Shown here in pieces: positions 1 through 11,382 of a DNA stretch of 64,000 nucleotides (position 1 is the first letter of the stretch; each line of letters starts with the position of its first letter). Position numbers and translations under genes: made by a program. This DNA is from Octopus vulgaris (taxonomy: Eukaryota): positions 43,958,001 through 44,022,000 of the forward strand of contig OX597824.1 of assembly GCA_951406725.2 (NCBI GenBank), given 5' to 3'. A model generated the notes under the pieces. The model did not search any database and was not told where the DNA came from. It saw nothing but the letters and a program-made list of their open reading frames with translations.

Positions 1-246
1 ACAGATCATCATTTCACATCCATTTTCCATGCTGATATAGTTGGATGATTTGGCAGGAGCTGGCAAGGCCAGGAGCCACACCAGGTTCCATAGCCTGTTT
101 TGGCATGGTTTCTACAGCTGGATGCCCTTCCTAACACCAACAACTTTACCGAGTATACTAGATAGTTTTTTACATGGTACCCTCATCAGTGCTTTTTATA
201 TGCACCAACACCAGTGCTTTTTATGTGGTACCAGCATCAGTGTTTC

Positions 247-590
247 TTACATGAAGCTATCACTGACAGAATCATCAAGAATTTTGCTGAGGACTGAGAC
301 TTGGTGAATACCTACCTGTACTCTAAATTTGTCACTGTATTCATGGCTAATTCTTACCTTACTAATAGCACCCCTGTACATGGCCTGTATTACTTTTACA
401 AGCCACTCACCTACACCTAGCTTCCTCAGAGCCCACCATGTCACACAGCTGAATCCGCTATCAAAGGCTTTCTCCAGATCAACAAATGCCAAGTACAACA
501 GCTTATTCTTTGCTAAATACTTCTCTTGCAGTTGCCTGACTATGAAAATAGCATCAGTAGTAATGACTTGTAGGGACCACCATATTTTGC
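247..590 (-). mobile_element. RTE-clade LINE reverse transcriptase fragment
   Basis: ORF 247..597 reads TTDAIFIVRQLQEKY...LAFVDLEKAFD...GIHQVS.LS, typical RTE RT motifs; degraded. Confidence 0.85.
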
Positions 591-912
591 TATGCAACCA
601 TAATATACTACAAAGTATAATACATGCTTTTATATGTCAATATTGTGTTCTATTGTGTTAGTAGTGCTATTACACCACTTGTTCAAGTTATCTCTATAGA
701 TTTTCTATAAAAATTATAGCCAGCACTGATTTTATTACATTTCGTATCTGAGATGCTTAATGTAAACATTTTCTTAATCACTCATCTTTTCTTTGTTATT
801 TGAACAATGTATTTCAATCTCTGTATGATGATAGTGATGAATCCCATATTCAAGGATTTATAGTGGTGAAGTGGATAAGGTGTCAGCTTTACAGTTAAAT
901 ACTTATATATTT

Positions 913-1303
913 GTATTGTTTATGGTCACTTTAATGTGGCTATCCACTAAGAGATGACAATATTGCCATTTAACCCCGGGAAGACATCTCCTCCAGCTGG
1001 TTTATTCAGTGTGTTTCTCACACTCAATATTTATTGCAAGCGGGAGATAATTCCTGCCACCTTAGCTCTGAGAACCAGACCATGTGGTTTTAATCTGTAT
1101 TTGATCTGCTTGGTGACAGGCACTTATTCACCAGGCTTGGCAACAGTTTAACCTTGCTTGCAATATATAGAAAATACAGTGTCATACAATCACTGATTTT
1201 GTAACTAGGAATAAACCAGCTTAAGGAGATGTCTTCCTGGGATTAAATGGCAGTATCATTGTCTCTTAGAGAAGAGATACATTAAAGTGACCATAATCAA
1301 TAC
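913..1303. mobile_element. Non-autonomous DNA element (MITE) with ~95-bp imperfect terminal inverted repeats
   Basis: Left arm gtattgtttatggtcactttaatgt...gggaagacatctcc...ctggtttattc is the reverse complement of right arm gaataaaccag...gagatgtcttcc...acattaaagtgaccataatcaatac. Confidence 0.75.
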
Positions 1304-1638
1304 TTTTGGGTTCATATACTGCTTCTATCTCGAACAGAGGTTTTCTAACGGACTAGTTTCCTAATTATATATTCATAATCTTTAATTGGTGCCATGATTT
1401 AGTTAAAGCATAGATTTAATTTGTTGTCCAATTTAACATCATTCCCTGGTCCTTGGGTACCCTTAGTGGAATTCAGAGTAAGTTCCTCACTTCTTTCCTC
1501 TAAAAAGTGAAGGGTTATGGGCACTGTCCTTTCCTATCTGACTAAGCTGTCACCCAAAATTGGCATCAGAAAAGTTATCTGCTATCTTCTGTAGACCACT
1601 ACAGAAGATAGCAGTAATGGTCTACCATGAAAACTGTC

Positions 1639-1893
1639 AGTTTCTGGCTCAGAATTTCTGGAACCACAGTTGACATTGGTTTATGCTTATTGTCTGATCC
1701 CCATATACTGCATTAATATTCATCACACTTTCTGTTGCGTTGTTGCCTTTATTGAACTCATAAGCAAAATATGCTAAATATGCTTTTTCATCACTTCCAT
1801 TATAGCTTTGAAAAAATAATTTTCAAAGCTATAATTATTGATATCGAACTGCACTCTTCAAAACTACCCATTGTCTTTGGGGCTCGACATTTT
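1639..1893 (-). repeat. Near-identical local copy of 3771-4025 (mariner transposase 5' fragment)
   Basis: Comparison by eye shows ~255 bp with one visible mismatch (ccatt vs ccact). Confidence 0.85.
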
Positions 1894-2102
1894 CCAGTGT
1901 GATAGATTTCTGTATCAATTTAAACTTCTCATACCCTAATTAATACAATATTAATGATATATTTTTTTACTCAATTCAAAGTATAATTTATGCCAGCCTA
2001 TTCTGTTATCATGCTACCAATTGATTACATTGTATTGGATTTTTTTCATGTTGTTTCTTAACTGAGTGTGAATGACTTTTTGTTGTTTTCCATTCGCAAC
2101 AG

Positions 2103-2180
2103 GTGAGGCAAGTGGAGTACAAAGACAAGATGGAAGAAGAATGGGAACTGTTCCAGAAGCAGATGAAAGAAGAAGCTCAT
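2103..2180 (+). CDS. ZNF830: Zinc finger protein 830 (CCDC16) internal coding exon; upstream exons not seen in this window
   Basis: cag|GTG...CAT|gtatgt; 78 nt, VRQVEYKDKMEEEWELFQKQMKEEAH, matching the ZNF830 'KDQMDKEWDEFQKAM' region. Confidence 0.85.
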
Positions 2181-2836
2181 GTATGTAGTAGTTGATGTAG
2201 CTTACTTTTTAACTAATGGTTTCTTAACTCAGCTAATGGCCTCAGGCATGTTTGTGTGGTTAAGAAGTCTGCTTCACAGCCACATGGTTCTGGGTTTGAT
2301 CCCACTACACTGCACCTTGGACAAATATCTTCTACTATAGTATCAGCTTCACCAATGTGTTGTGAGTGAAATTTGATAGAAACTGCTCAGTAGCCTGTCA
2401 TGCTTGTGTTTGTGACTAGTCTAAACTTAGACATTTATACTCTGCTGTTCATATACACAAATATCACACATCCAGCAGATCATGCTCATCTTATTTCTCT
2501 CAAGCCTTCACACACATTTTTTGCATTAAATGCATTCACTGTACATCATCATCATCTTTTAAATTCATCTTCTGTGCTGACTGGGTTGGATGATTTGGGA
2601 GAATACAACATGTCGGAAGGCTGCAGTGTGCTCCAGTATCTACTTTAGTATGGTTTCTACAGCTGGATGTCCTATTTAATGTCAGCCACTTTACGAAGTT
2701 TACTGGGTGCTTTTTTCATGTCACTGGCACTAGTGAGGTCACCATGCAGCTTGCAAGACTAAGATTTCTTCAGTTAAGTGGTGCTACATAGTGAGAGGGA
2801 GACTGATTTATGCTACAGGATGAGAGGTTATATATA

Positions 2837-4675
2837 TTGGGTCATTCCAAAAATTATGTGGTATTTTTATACTTCTTTTATTTTTCAAAATTAAGTTTAA
2901 CAAAGTCCTTTTGCAATCTAAAATATACTCTCCTTCATTTTCTACAATGCTCTTCCATCTATATGGTAGGCTTGCAAGGCCCCTCTTCCAAAATTACTTG
3001 TCCGTGACGAAAAATACTCCTCCAGTACTGTTCTGACCTCATCTACAGAATTCATATTTTTTTTTTGTCTAAACGATTTTGAAGACTGTGGAATAAATGA
3101 TAATCAGATGAGGCAATGTCCGGTGAATATGGTGGGTGGAGCATCATTTCCCATTCAAACTGCTCCAGCATTTGGAATGTCATCCTCACTGTATGTAACT
3201 GAACATTATCCTGATGGAGGAACACCTTTCATCTTGAAACCAAAAATGGTCATTTTCCTTTTAGTGCTGACTTAAGCCACTCAAGCCGCTCACAGTAGAT
3301 CTCCTTTGTTATCGTTTACTTTGGGTTTAAAAGTTCAAAGTGGACTAAACCTTTCATATCCCACCAACCAGATAACAACATCTTACATGGGGAAGACCTT
3401 CTTTAACCTGGGGTGCCAGTGTTTCTCCTTTCCCTACCCACTGTCTTTGATGTTCAACATTCTTATAGAGAAGCCATTTCTCATCACCAGTCACTCTTTG
3501 GTCCAAAACAAAGGTTTGTTCGTGAGACATGACAGCAAAGAAGAACACACGTTCACTCTCTGCGCTTGATTAGACTCGGAAAGTTTGCAAGGAACTCATT
3601 GACCCAATTTGCTGACTTTTCTGATGGCACGCAGTGTCAATGTATGGTTGATCCGAGCTTCTCTGCTAGCTCACCAACAGTTACAATGGGATTTTGTTCC
3701 ACCAGGGTTTTCAGGGCATTCTCATTGAGCTCTACAGATCTTCCAGGACAAGGATCATCTTCTAGACTGTAGTTTCTGGCTCAGAATTTCTGGAACCACA
3801 GTTGACATTGGTTTATGCTTATTGTCTGATCCCCATATACTGCATTAATATTCATCACACTTTCTGTTGCGTTGTTGCCTTTATTGAACTCATAAGCAAA
3901 ATATGCTAAATATGCTTTTTCATCACTTCCATTATAGCTTTGAAAAAATAATTTTCAAAGCTATAATTATTGATATCGAACTGCACTCTTCAAAACTACC
4001 CACTGTCTTTGGGGCTCGACATTTTTATAGCGAACCCATTTCTCATCACCAGTCACTATTTGGTCCAAAAAAGGTTTATTTGTGAGATGTGACAGCAAAG
4101 AAGATCACAAATTCACTCTCTGCACGCGATTACACTTGGAAAGTTTATGAGAAATCCATTGACTCAATTTGCTGACATTCCTGATGGCACACAGGTGTCA
4201 ATGAATGGTTGAATGACCAAATCCAAGTTCTCTTTTAGTTACTCAACAGTTACGGTGGGATTTTGTTCCACCAGGGTTTGCAGGACATCCTCATTGTGCT
4301 CTGCAGATCTTCCAGGATGAGCCTCGTCTTCTAGACTGTAGTTTCCAGCTCAGAATTTCTGGAACCACCATTGACACTGGCATATGCTTATTGTCTGATC
4401 CCCATATACTGTATTAATTGCACTTTCTGTTGCATTGTTGCCTTTATTGAGCTCATAAACAAAATATGCTGAATATGGTCCTTTGTCACTTCCATTATAG
4501 CTTTGAAAAAATAATTGTTGAAATCAAACTGCACTCTTCAAAACTTGCTCTAAGAATAAAGACAGGGTAAAACTACCTGCTCTTATAGCAAGTTGATGCA
4601 GGTAGTTTATCCTATCCCACTCTGACTTTTAGTTCATGCAATTGAACTAACTACATTATTTATAGGATGACCCTA
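2837..4675 (-). mobile_element. Decayed mariner element with internal tandem duplication
   Basis: Imperfect TIRs (TTGGGTCATTCC.../...GGATGACCCTA) in TA context; minus-strand RVTGDEKWLLY and HPPYSPD-like motifs; segment ~3470-3990 recurs at ~4030-4540. Confidence 0.8.
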
Positions 4676-4919
4676 TATATATATATATACACATGCACAC
4701 ACACACATACATACATACTGTGTGTGTGTTTGTAAGATGGAAAGCAATTATGATATTGCCTGTGGGTTTTGAAGTCTGCCTTTGCTGTAATCCATATAGT
4801 TTTGCTAACCACTGTACCAAACTGACAACCTTGAACCACCTAAATTAGTAATTAAATTAAGTAACTACAATGACATACAAGTGACCTGGCCAACAGATTT
4901 CAGTCCATGTAGTATTATA

Positions 4920-5350
4920 GGTATAGTGTGACACATGTGTATGAACATCCATGCTACATGGCAGTGGAACATGGGTCATGACTGCTGAGGACATGTATAA
5001 GCTTGCAAGGAATGAAGCCAGTATGCTCCACTGGATGTGTAATGTCAGTGTGCATACACGACAGTTTAAGTGCCTTGAGAGAAAAGATGGACATAAGAAG
5101 CATCAGATGTGGTGTGCAAGAGAGACAACTCCGCTGGTATGGTCATGTGGTGTGAATGGATGAGGACAGCTGTGTGTCACACCATAGCAGTTGAGGGAAT
5201 CTCTGGAAGTGGTAGACCATGGAAGTCCTGGGATGATGTGGTGAAGCATGACCTTTGAACATTGGGCCTCACCGAGTCAATGAATAGTGACCGAGACCTT
5301 TGGAAATATGCTGTGCTTGAGAAGACCTGGCAAGCCAAGTGAGACCATAA
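4920..5350 (+). mobile_element. RTE LINE 3' fragment
   Basis: MLHGSGTW...RNEASMLHWMC, followed by RLRWYGHV-like and GRPxKTW-like motifs. Confidence 0.75.
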
Positions 5351-5659
5351 CTCATAGCCTATGCTAGCAGTGTAACCAGCCTACATATGCATACCTTTCT
5401 TTCGTTGGACACTAAACTTTGCTTGCAAAGTTGAGGCAAGTGAATACACAATCAAAATCAAATTTGCTGACGTGGTCAATGACAGCACCGCCTTACTGGC
5501 ACTTGTGCTGATGGCACATGAAAAACAATATTCGAGCGAGGTCATTGCCAGTGCCGATGCACTGACTCCTGTGCAGGTGGCGCATAAAATACACCATTTG
5601 AGCATGGCCGTCGCCAGTACCACCTGACTGGCCCTCGTGCTGGTGGCATGTAAAAGCAC

Positions 5660-6010
5660 TCACTACACTCTCGGAGTAGTTGGCGTTAGGAAGGGCATCC
5701 AGCTGTAGAAACTCTGCCAGATCAGATCAGAGCCTGGTGCAGCCATCTGGCTCGCCAGTCCTCAGTCAAACCATCCAACCCATGCCAGCATGGAAAGCAG
5801 GCGTTAAACGATGATGATGATGATATATATATATTTATATATCATTATCATCATCGTTTAACGTCTGCTTTCCATGCCGGCATGGGTTGGATGGTTTGAC
5901 AGGAGCTGGCCAGCCAGAGAGCTATCCAGACTCCAATTGTCTGTTATGGCATGGTTTCTACAACTGGATGCTCTTTCTAATACGAACCACTTTACAGGCT
6001 GTGCTGGGTT
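5660..6010. repeat. Two RTE-tailed repeat copies arranged tail-to-tail, forming an inverted repeat
   Basis: ...ccatgccagcatggaaagcaggcgttaaacgatgatgatg(AT)n followed by its reverse complement catcatcgtttaacgtctgctttccatgccggcatgg. Confidence 0.85.
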
Positions 6011-6084
6011 TTCTTATGTGCCACCAGCATAGGTGTGTTTACACAGTGCCAGCACAAAAGCATTTTACATGGCACTGGCACCTG

Positions 6085-7330
6085 TAATTGCCACAAGCCT
6101 TGGTCCTTTGTCATTCCCTTGCTGAGGCCCAGCATCTGAAGATCCTTCCTCACCACTTCATCCCACTTCTTGGGTCTACCCTTTTCACAGGTTTCCTCCA
6201 CAATTAGAGCTTGGCACTTCATGCAACTGTCCTCATCCATATGCAGCACATAATAAAACCAACATAGTTTTTTCTCTTGCACACATCTTATGCCTCTTAT
6301 ACCCAGTTTTCCTCATAAATCATTTACTCTTTGTTGTGTTTGCAAATTGACATTACCAATCTAACAGAGCATGCTAGCTTCATTTCTTTCAAGCCTTCAC
6401 TAGTCCTCTGTAGTCATAGCCTATGTTTCACTGCCATGTAGCATAGCTGTACATACACAGGGATCATACAATCTACCTTTCACTCTGAAGGAGAGGCTCT
6501 TAGTTACCAACAAAGGTAAAAGCTCTCTGAACTTTGCCCAGCCTGTTCTCATTCAAGCAATTATGCCTTCAGAACTTCCTCCTCTACTGCTAACTTGGTT
6601 GCCTAGGTATCAGAGGCTATACTACTTCTAGGTATCAACCTGTGCATTTTTAGTGCTTATTGTACCCACACATTTGCTACACACAAAGACTATTTTCTCT
6701 GTTAACCTTCCTGTGATACCACTACATCACTTATGTTTCGAAAGCTTGCACTGGGTACAACATATGGAGTTTCTACCAACACCCTTCCTACATATTGAGC
6801 AGAGCCATCTCCCTGAAAGGACTTGTGATTTGTCTGTTTTCCTACTTACTAGGACTTCAGTTTTTTTTTTAATTAACTCTAAGACTGCAGGCCTTCCACA
6901 CCTGAAATTTCTCTAGGTCAGGTCGTGATTCAGCTATAAGAACAAGATCATCAGTGTAGAGAAGCTCCCAGTGGCAGTCAGTTTTGAATTCCTGTTATAG
7001 CCTATGATAAACAAGAGAGGGCTGAGAACTGAGCCTTGGTGAACTCTTACCTATACACTGAATTCATTGCTATATTTGCTATCAACCTTCACCTCACTGG
7101 CAGCATCCCTGTACATGACTTGTACAGCTGTTACTAACTACTCATCTACCTCTAGCTTCCACATTGACCACCAGATAAGGGAGTGAGGGACCCTGTCAAA
7201 AGCTTTCTTCATGTTGGCAAGAACCAAATATGGAGGTTTATTTTTCGCTAAATACTTCTGTAGTTGTCTTACCAGGAATATAGCATCAGTTGTGCTTCTC
7301 CCAGGCATAAAACCAAACAGCATATGATCT
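6085..7330 (-). mobile_element. RTE LINE reverse transcriptase fragment, frameshifted
   Basis: FGFMPGRSTTDAIFLVRQLQ...KAFDRVP at 7138..7323; LLY.DDL-like motif near 6950; GRPKKW.EVV at 5992..6282. Confidence 0.85.
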
Positions 7331-7496
7331 AGAAGGAGGTGGAAAGAAGTTGCAACAGTAAGTGATAAACAACACTGGATAAACTATGGAAAAGTACATA
7401 GAAACTTCGTATAATCAACTTCTTTTTATTTTTAGCTTTTTTATAACACCAGCTGTATTCATATATAACTTGAAGTTATTGAATCTATTTCAACAG

Positions 7497-7573
7497 GTAT
7501 CTGAAGCTATAATTGAAGATGATGATGAACAAGCTAATGTAGATAGAAATATTGATGAAATTGATGAACAAAT
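7497..7573 (+). CDS. ZNF830: ZNF830 penultimate coding exon
   Basis: caacag|GTA...CAAAT|gtgagt; VSEAIIEDDDEQANVDRNIDEIDEQ(I), matching '[25 protein letters not shown]'; frame-compatible with both neighbouring exons. Confidence 0.9.
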
Positions 7574-7688
7574 GTGAGTAATATCCTACTTCTATATTTC
7601 TGCTTACACTCAACTCCATTTTTCCTATATGTGTTTTTCTTTATATGTTTTCATGCCATTATGAAACGCATAAAATATAAAAAATATC

Positions 7689-8160
7689 TCACACTTGTAA
7701 TTTCGTGATCACTAAATAATAAATTAATAAGTTGATGGAGAGGCACTCCCAAGGTCTCAATGCCTGTATTAATTGACCCATAAGTGGTTTGTGGAAGCGG
7801 AGTTTGAGTTTATTGCATGTAGAGCAAGCCAGTGTCATTTCACAGATTTCATTGAGGGAGAACGGCAGGTTTCGTACTTTACAGTAGTGAAGTAGGCAGG
7901 TCACTCCTGGGCGGCACAGTTGTTTCTGAAGAATTACTAGTGTTGTAGTGACTCTTGTTGCTGCACATCTTGATAGTGTGTCTACTGCTTTGTTTTGAGT
8001 TCCTGGTCTATAGGAGATTGTGTAATTTATGTCCAAGAGGTCCAAGTGCCAGTGTATAAGTTTTTAATTTTTTTATTTTTGATGTCCTTTGCTTATCAAA
8101 GATCATCGCTACTGAGCATTCATCAGTGACAATGTTGCATTATGGGGAAACATATCAAGT
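7689..8160 (-). mobile_element. Ty3/gypsy pol remnant (RNase H end and integrase zinc-binding region)
   Basis: YTISYRPGTQNKAVDTLSR, LCRPGV, CSTC motifs; upstream IVTDECSVAMIFD resembles the RNase H TD motif. Confidence 0.75.
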
Positions 8161-10281
8161 TGTACCATTTGCAATGACCATTCTACCTGAATTCCTCCAG
8201 AATACCGGAAGCACAATATTACATTGTTGACATCTCAGAAATAAGGGGGATCCACTTGTAGAAAATATTAAATTGTTGGAGAGGATTATTCCCCACTTTA
8301 CACACATACATTCTGGTAATGGATGAAACGATACAGTGTCAACACACAATCTCGCTCCAGCAGGGCAATCTTTCAATCAAGGAAGCAAAGATAACACACA
8401 AACACAACCAAGGCTAACTAGACAAACAGAGTTTGATACAGAACAATAAAATCCACAAATAATAAATCAAAAGGAACTGACCCTGACGGTACACCAATAG
8501 AAGTAATGCATCAACAAAGAAACAGAGCTCTCATTCCAGCATATGAAAACATGAGCAGATTAGCAACTGGCGAAGAGTACTTGAACAAGAATAATACAGG
8601 TATCAAAATGCCAACTGTTCAAGGACAAAAGAGATGAAGAAGTTGAGATCGGGATGAATTATCAAGATACCTTTTCATCTAAAGTACTATATGTTTTGAA
8701 TGCACTGTGACTAACTTTTCATTCAGCAGGGAAGACTGTTATGAATTATTATATCCTATCATTAATTCCTATCTACAATAGTAAATAATAGATAAAGATA
8801 TAGATACGTTATTTTGTATTGAGTATGAAAATGTTGCATAGTGCCAAATGACATTGATAGATTGATACTGTCTTTACCTGATATAGAACAATGTGTCTTA
8901 ATCGTTGGACAGCCATGATTAATGGATTAAATGGTGAGCAGAATAAAGTTTAAATATTAGCCTTCTTTGAACTGGTTTATGACACATAATAATATTGCCT
9001 TTATTTTGCACTTGACTATCTAAATGAGATTATGTAATGTTTGTGTATTTTCCTAACGCATTTCTGAGATAAAAACATAGAGCTGGAAGTTAAAATAAAG
9101 CAAATGTAGAATAAAGTGTCTGGCCCAGAAACAGATGATCTTTGAACCGATAATCCACTAGCTTATCTGCTTGGCTATTTGACATCTCATGCTCTAGTTA
9201 CCAACTCAAAATATACAGCAGCACCATCATTCATCTTTTTATATTTCTTTTAATATGTATTTATGTAGAACACAGAACTACCCAATATAATTATATATTT
9301 TATTTTGTTTTAGTTATACTAAACATGATTTTTACATGAATTTTCCATTGCTTGCATTACAGTTCTGTAAATTTGTATATCTTCACATGCATTGTTAGCA
9401 CAACTGCTTTTTTGTTTTTTGATTTGTTTTCTTTGGTTCTTAGATGAATGTCATCAGCCACTCAAACATAAAATCAGAAAAAACAGCATATTTCAGCTAC
9501 AGTTATGTCATATTTGTAGCCAAACAGTTATTGTTATAATAAAATTGGTAGACCCTAACTCACCAAGCCAAACGGTGTACTAAATTAAACTGAAATTAAA
9601 CTTGAAAAATATTGTCCACTCTTTTGGCACTAACCCTAGAATTATTGGTATTGAGAGATTGGTCATTTTAACTCTGAATTAAAAGCTACTGAGTAGATTG
9701 TTAATTATCCATTATATTTTCACTGAGCCATTGTCTTGCCTTATATCCATCACAGTTTATCAAGTCATATTTCAGTCAGATTTTTATCCAATCACCAGAG
9801 TTAATACTTAAAACACAAAGAGTATAGAGATTTAGTTTTGCTTATCATATATGAGTATTGAACATTGATTATAAGCTCCTGCTGTATGTGAATACTGTAC
9901 AGTGACCTCTAAGCTCTTGACAAGCTAGTTTGTAAAGTAGGCTCAATTGCCAGTTGAGTCATTTCACATCTTAGTCTTTATCCCTACAATAAAAGATGTG
10001 GCTACACCAGGTTGACTTACCCTCAACATTCTTCATAAGATGAGGCCATCAGACATAATTTGCAGGACCATTAAGAATTAAATATACTTTTTTTTTTTTT
10101 TATGCTTACTGCATTTAATGGGTCTTAATTTAATTCTCTTCTCTTATTGGGCCCAGTCAATTGGCTGAGATCCTATAAACCATATTTCATACAGAGATAT
10201 TTTGGTGCTGATATGCTTTATTTTAGCAATCCTCTTGGTCTTAGTGATGATTTATTGAGTGAATTCTGTATAGTTTCTTAA

Positions 10282-10494
10282 CCTTTTTGATATCAACCCA
10301 CGTGGGTCTGCCCTGCATCTATGATACAAATTTATTGTTTTAAAGTGATCTAAATTAAAACTTTCTATCAAAATTCCACTTTATGTTCTAACACTAGCTT
10401 AATAATTACAAAATAATTTTACTAAATTCTTTGATTTTGAAAATTAATTGAAACAAAGAAAGTGTATTTCAACAGAAATATGATAACAAAAGGG
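10282..10494. mobile_element. piggyBac-like MITE
   Basis: TTAA|CCTTTTTGATATCA ... TGATAACAAAAGGG|TTAA. Confidence 0.7.
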
Positions 10495-11216
10495 TTAAGG
10501 ATTAAAATTCATTATTCAACTTCTAAAAGAATAAATGAGTTGGCAAGACATTGAATTATGTCCTACTATTAAGACTAGTTCAGTCCCGCTGCATTGTAAT
10601 TTGCACAAGTGTCTCCTACTAGAGCCCTTAGCCAGCAAAAGCCTTGTGAGGAGATTTTATAGACAAAAACTGAAAGTTGCCCATCATGTGTGTGTGTATA
10701 TATATGTGCATGCATTTGCATGTTAGCTGTCTCCTTGCCTCCACATTACATAATAGTTGTGAACAAGTGTCCTTCAATTCCAGTCTTCCATGAAAATGGG
10801 GAAATATACCTCACTTGGAAAGAAGTGAGGGTTGCCAACAGGAAGGAAAGTGCATCCAATCATAACAGATCTGCCTCAACAAATTCTGTCTGATGTATGC
10901 AAGCTTGGAAAAATGGCCATTAAATAGTGTTGAGGATGATGTACATACGTGTACCTCATGCTTGCTTGTTCAAACACATGCGTGTGCACACACCCACACA
11001 CAGAGTAGTGGCAGAATACAATGTTTCCAATAGTTTTTCCATTGCTGATACTATTTGTCAGTTGCAATTCCTGACAGAAGTGTCACTGTTTTTTTTTTCT
11101 ATTCCCATGACTGAAAATATGTTTTGAACTTGGAACACACAGATCTAGGACAGATACTACAAAGTAAATATATAATTTGTGTGTATTTGCAATTCACTTT
11201 TTTCATTTCTTTTCAG

Positions 11217-11382
11217 ACATCGCTGGTCACAAATCAATGATTTACAAGATCAGAAAGAGAAGATAATGCAAGTTAAATCTCAGAAAAATCACTGTGGTGA
11301 TGGAAGTGAAGATGAGGATAGCATTTCAACAGATGATTTTAAAGACTTTCTGGACTGGCGGTCAAAAAAGCCATGGACTTGA
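11217..11382 (+). CDS. ZNF830: ZNF830 terminal coding exon
   Basis: tttcag|A CAT CGC TGG... to TGA; HRWSQINDLQDQKEK...EDEDS...DFLDWRSK, with the acidic stretch and C-terminal DWRxK of ZNF830. Confidence 0.88.

Noticed and set aside
7581-7590. ATATCCTAC just inside a ZNF830 intron, resembling an AT-AC U12 donor
   Set aside because: Deviates from ATATCCTT; a canonical GTGAGT donor at 7574 explains the frame, and an in-frame TGA lies before this site
8095-8135. CTGATGA plus a short stem on the minus strand resembling a hammerhead
   Set aside because: No GAAA core follows; the stretch translates as the gypsy RNase H motif IVTDECSVAMIFD
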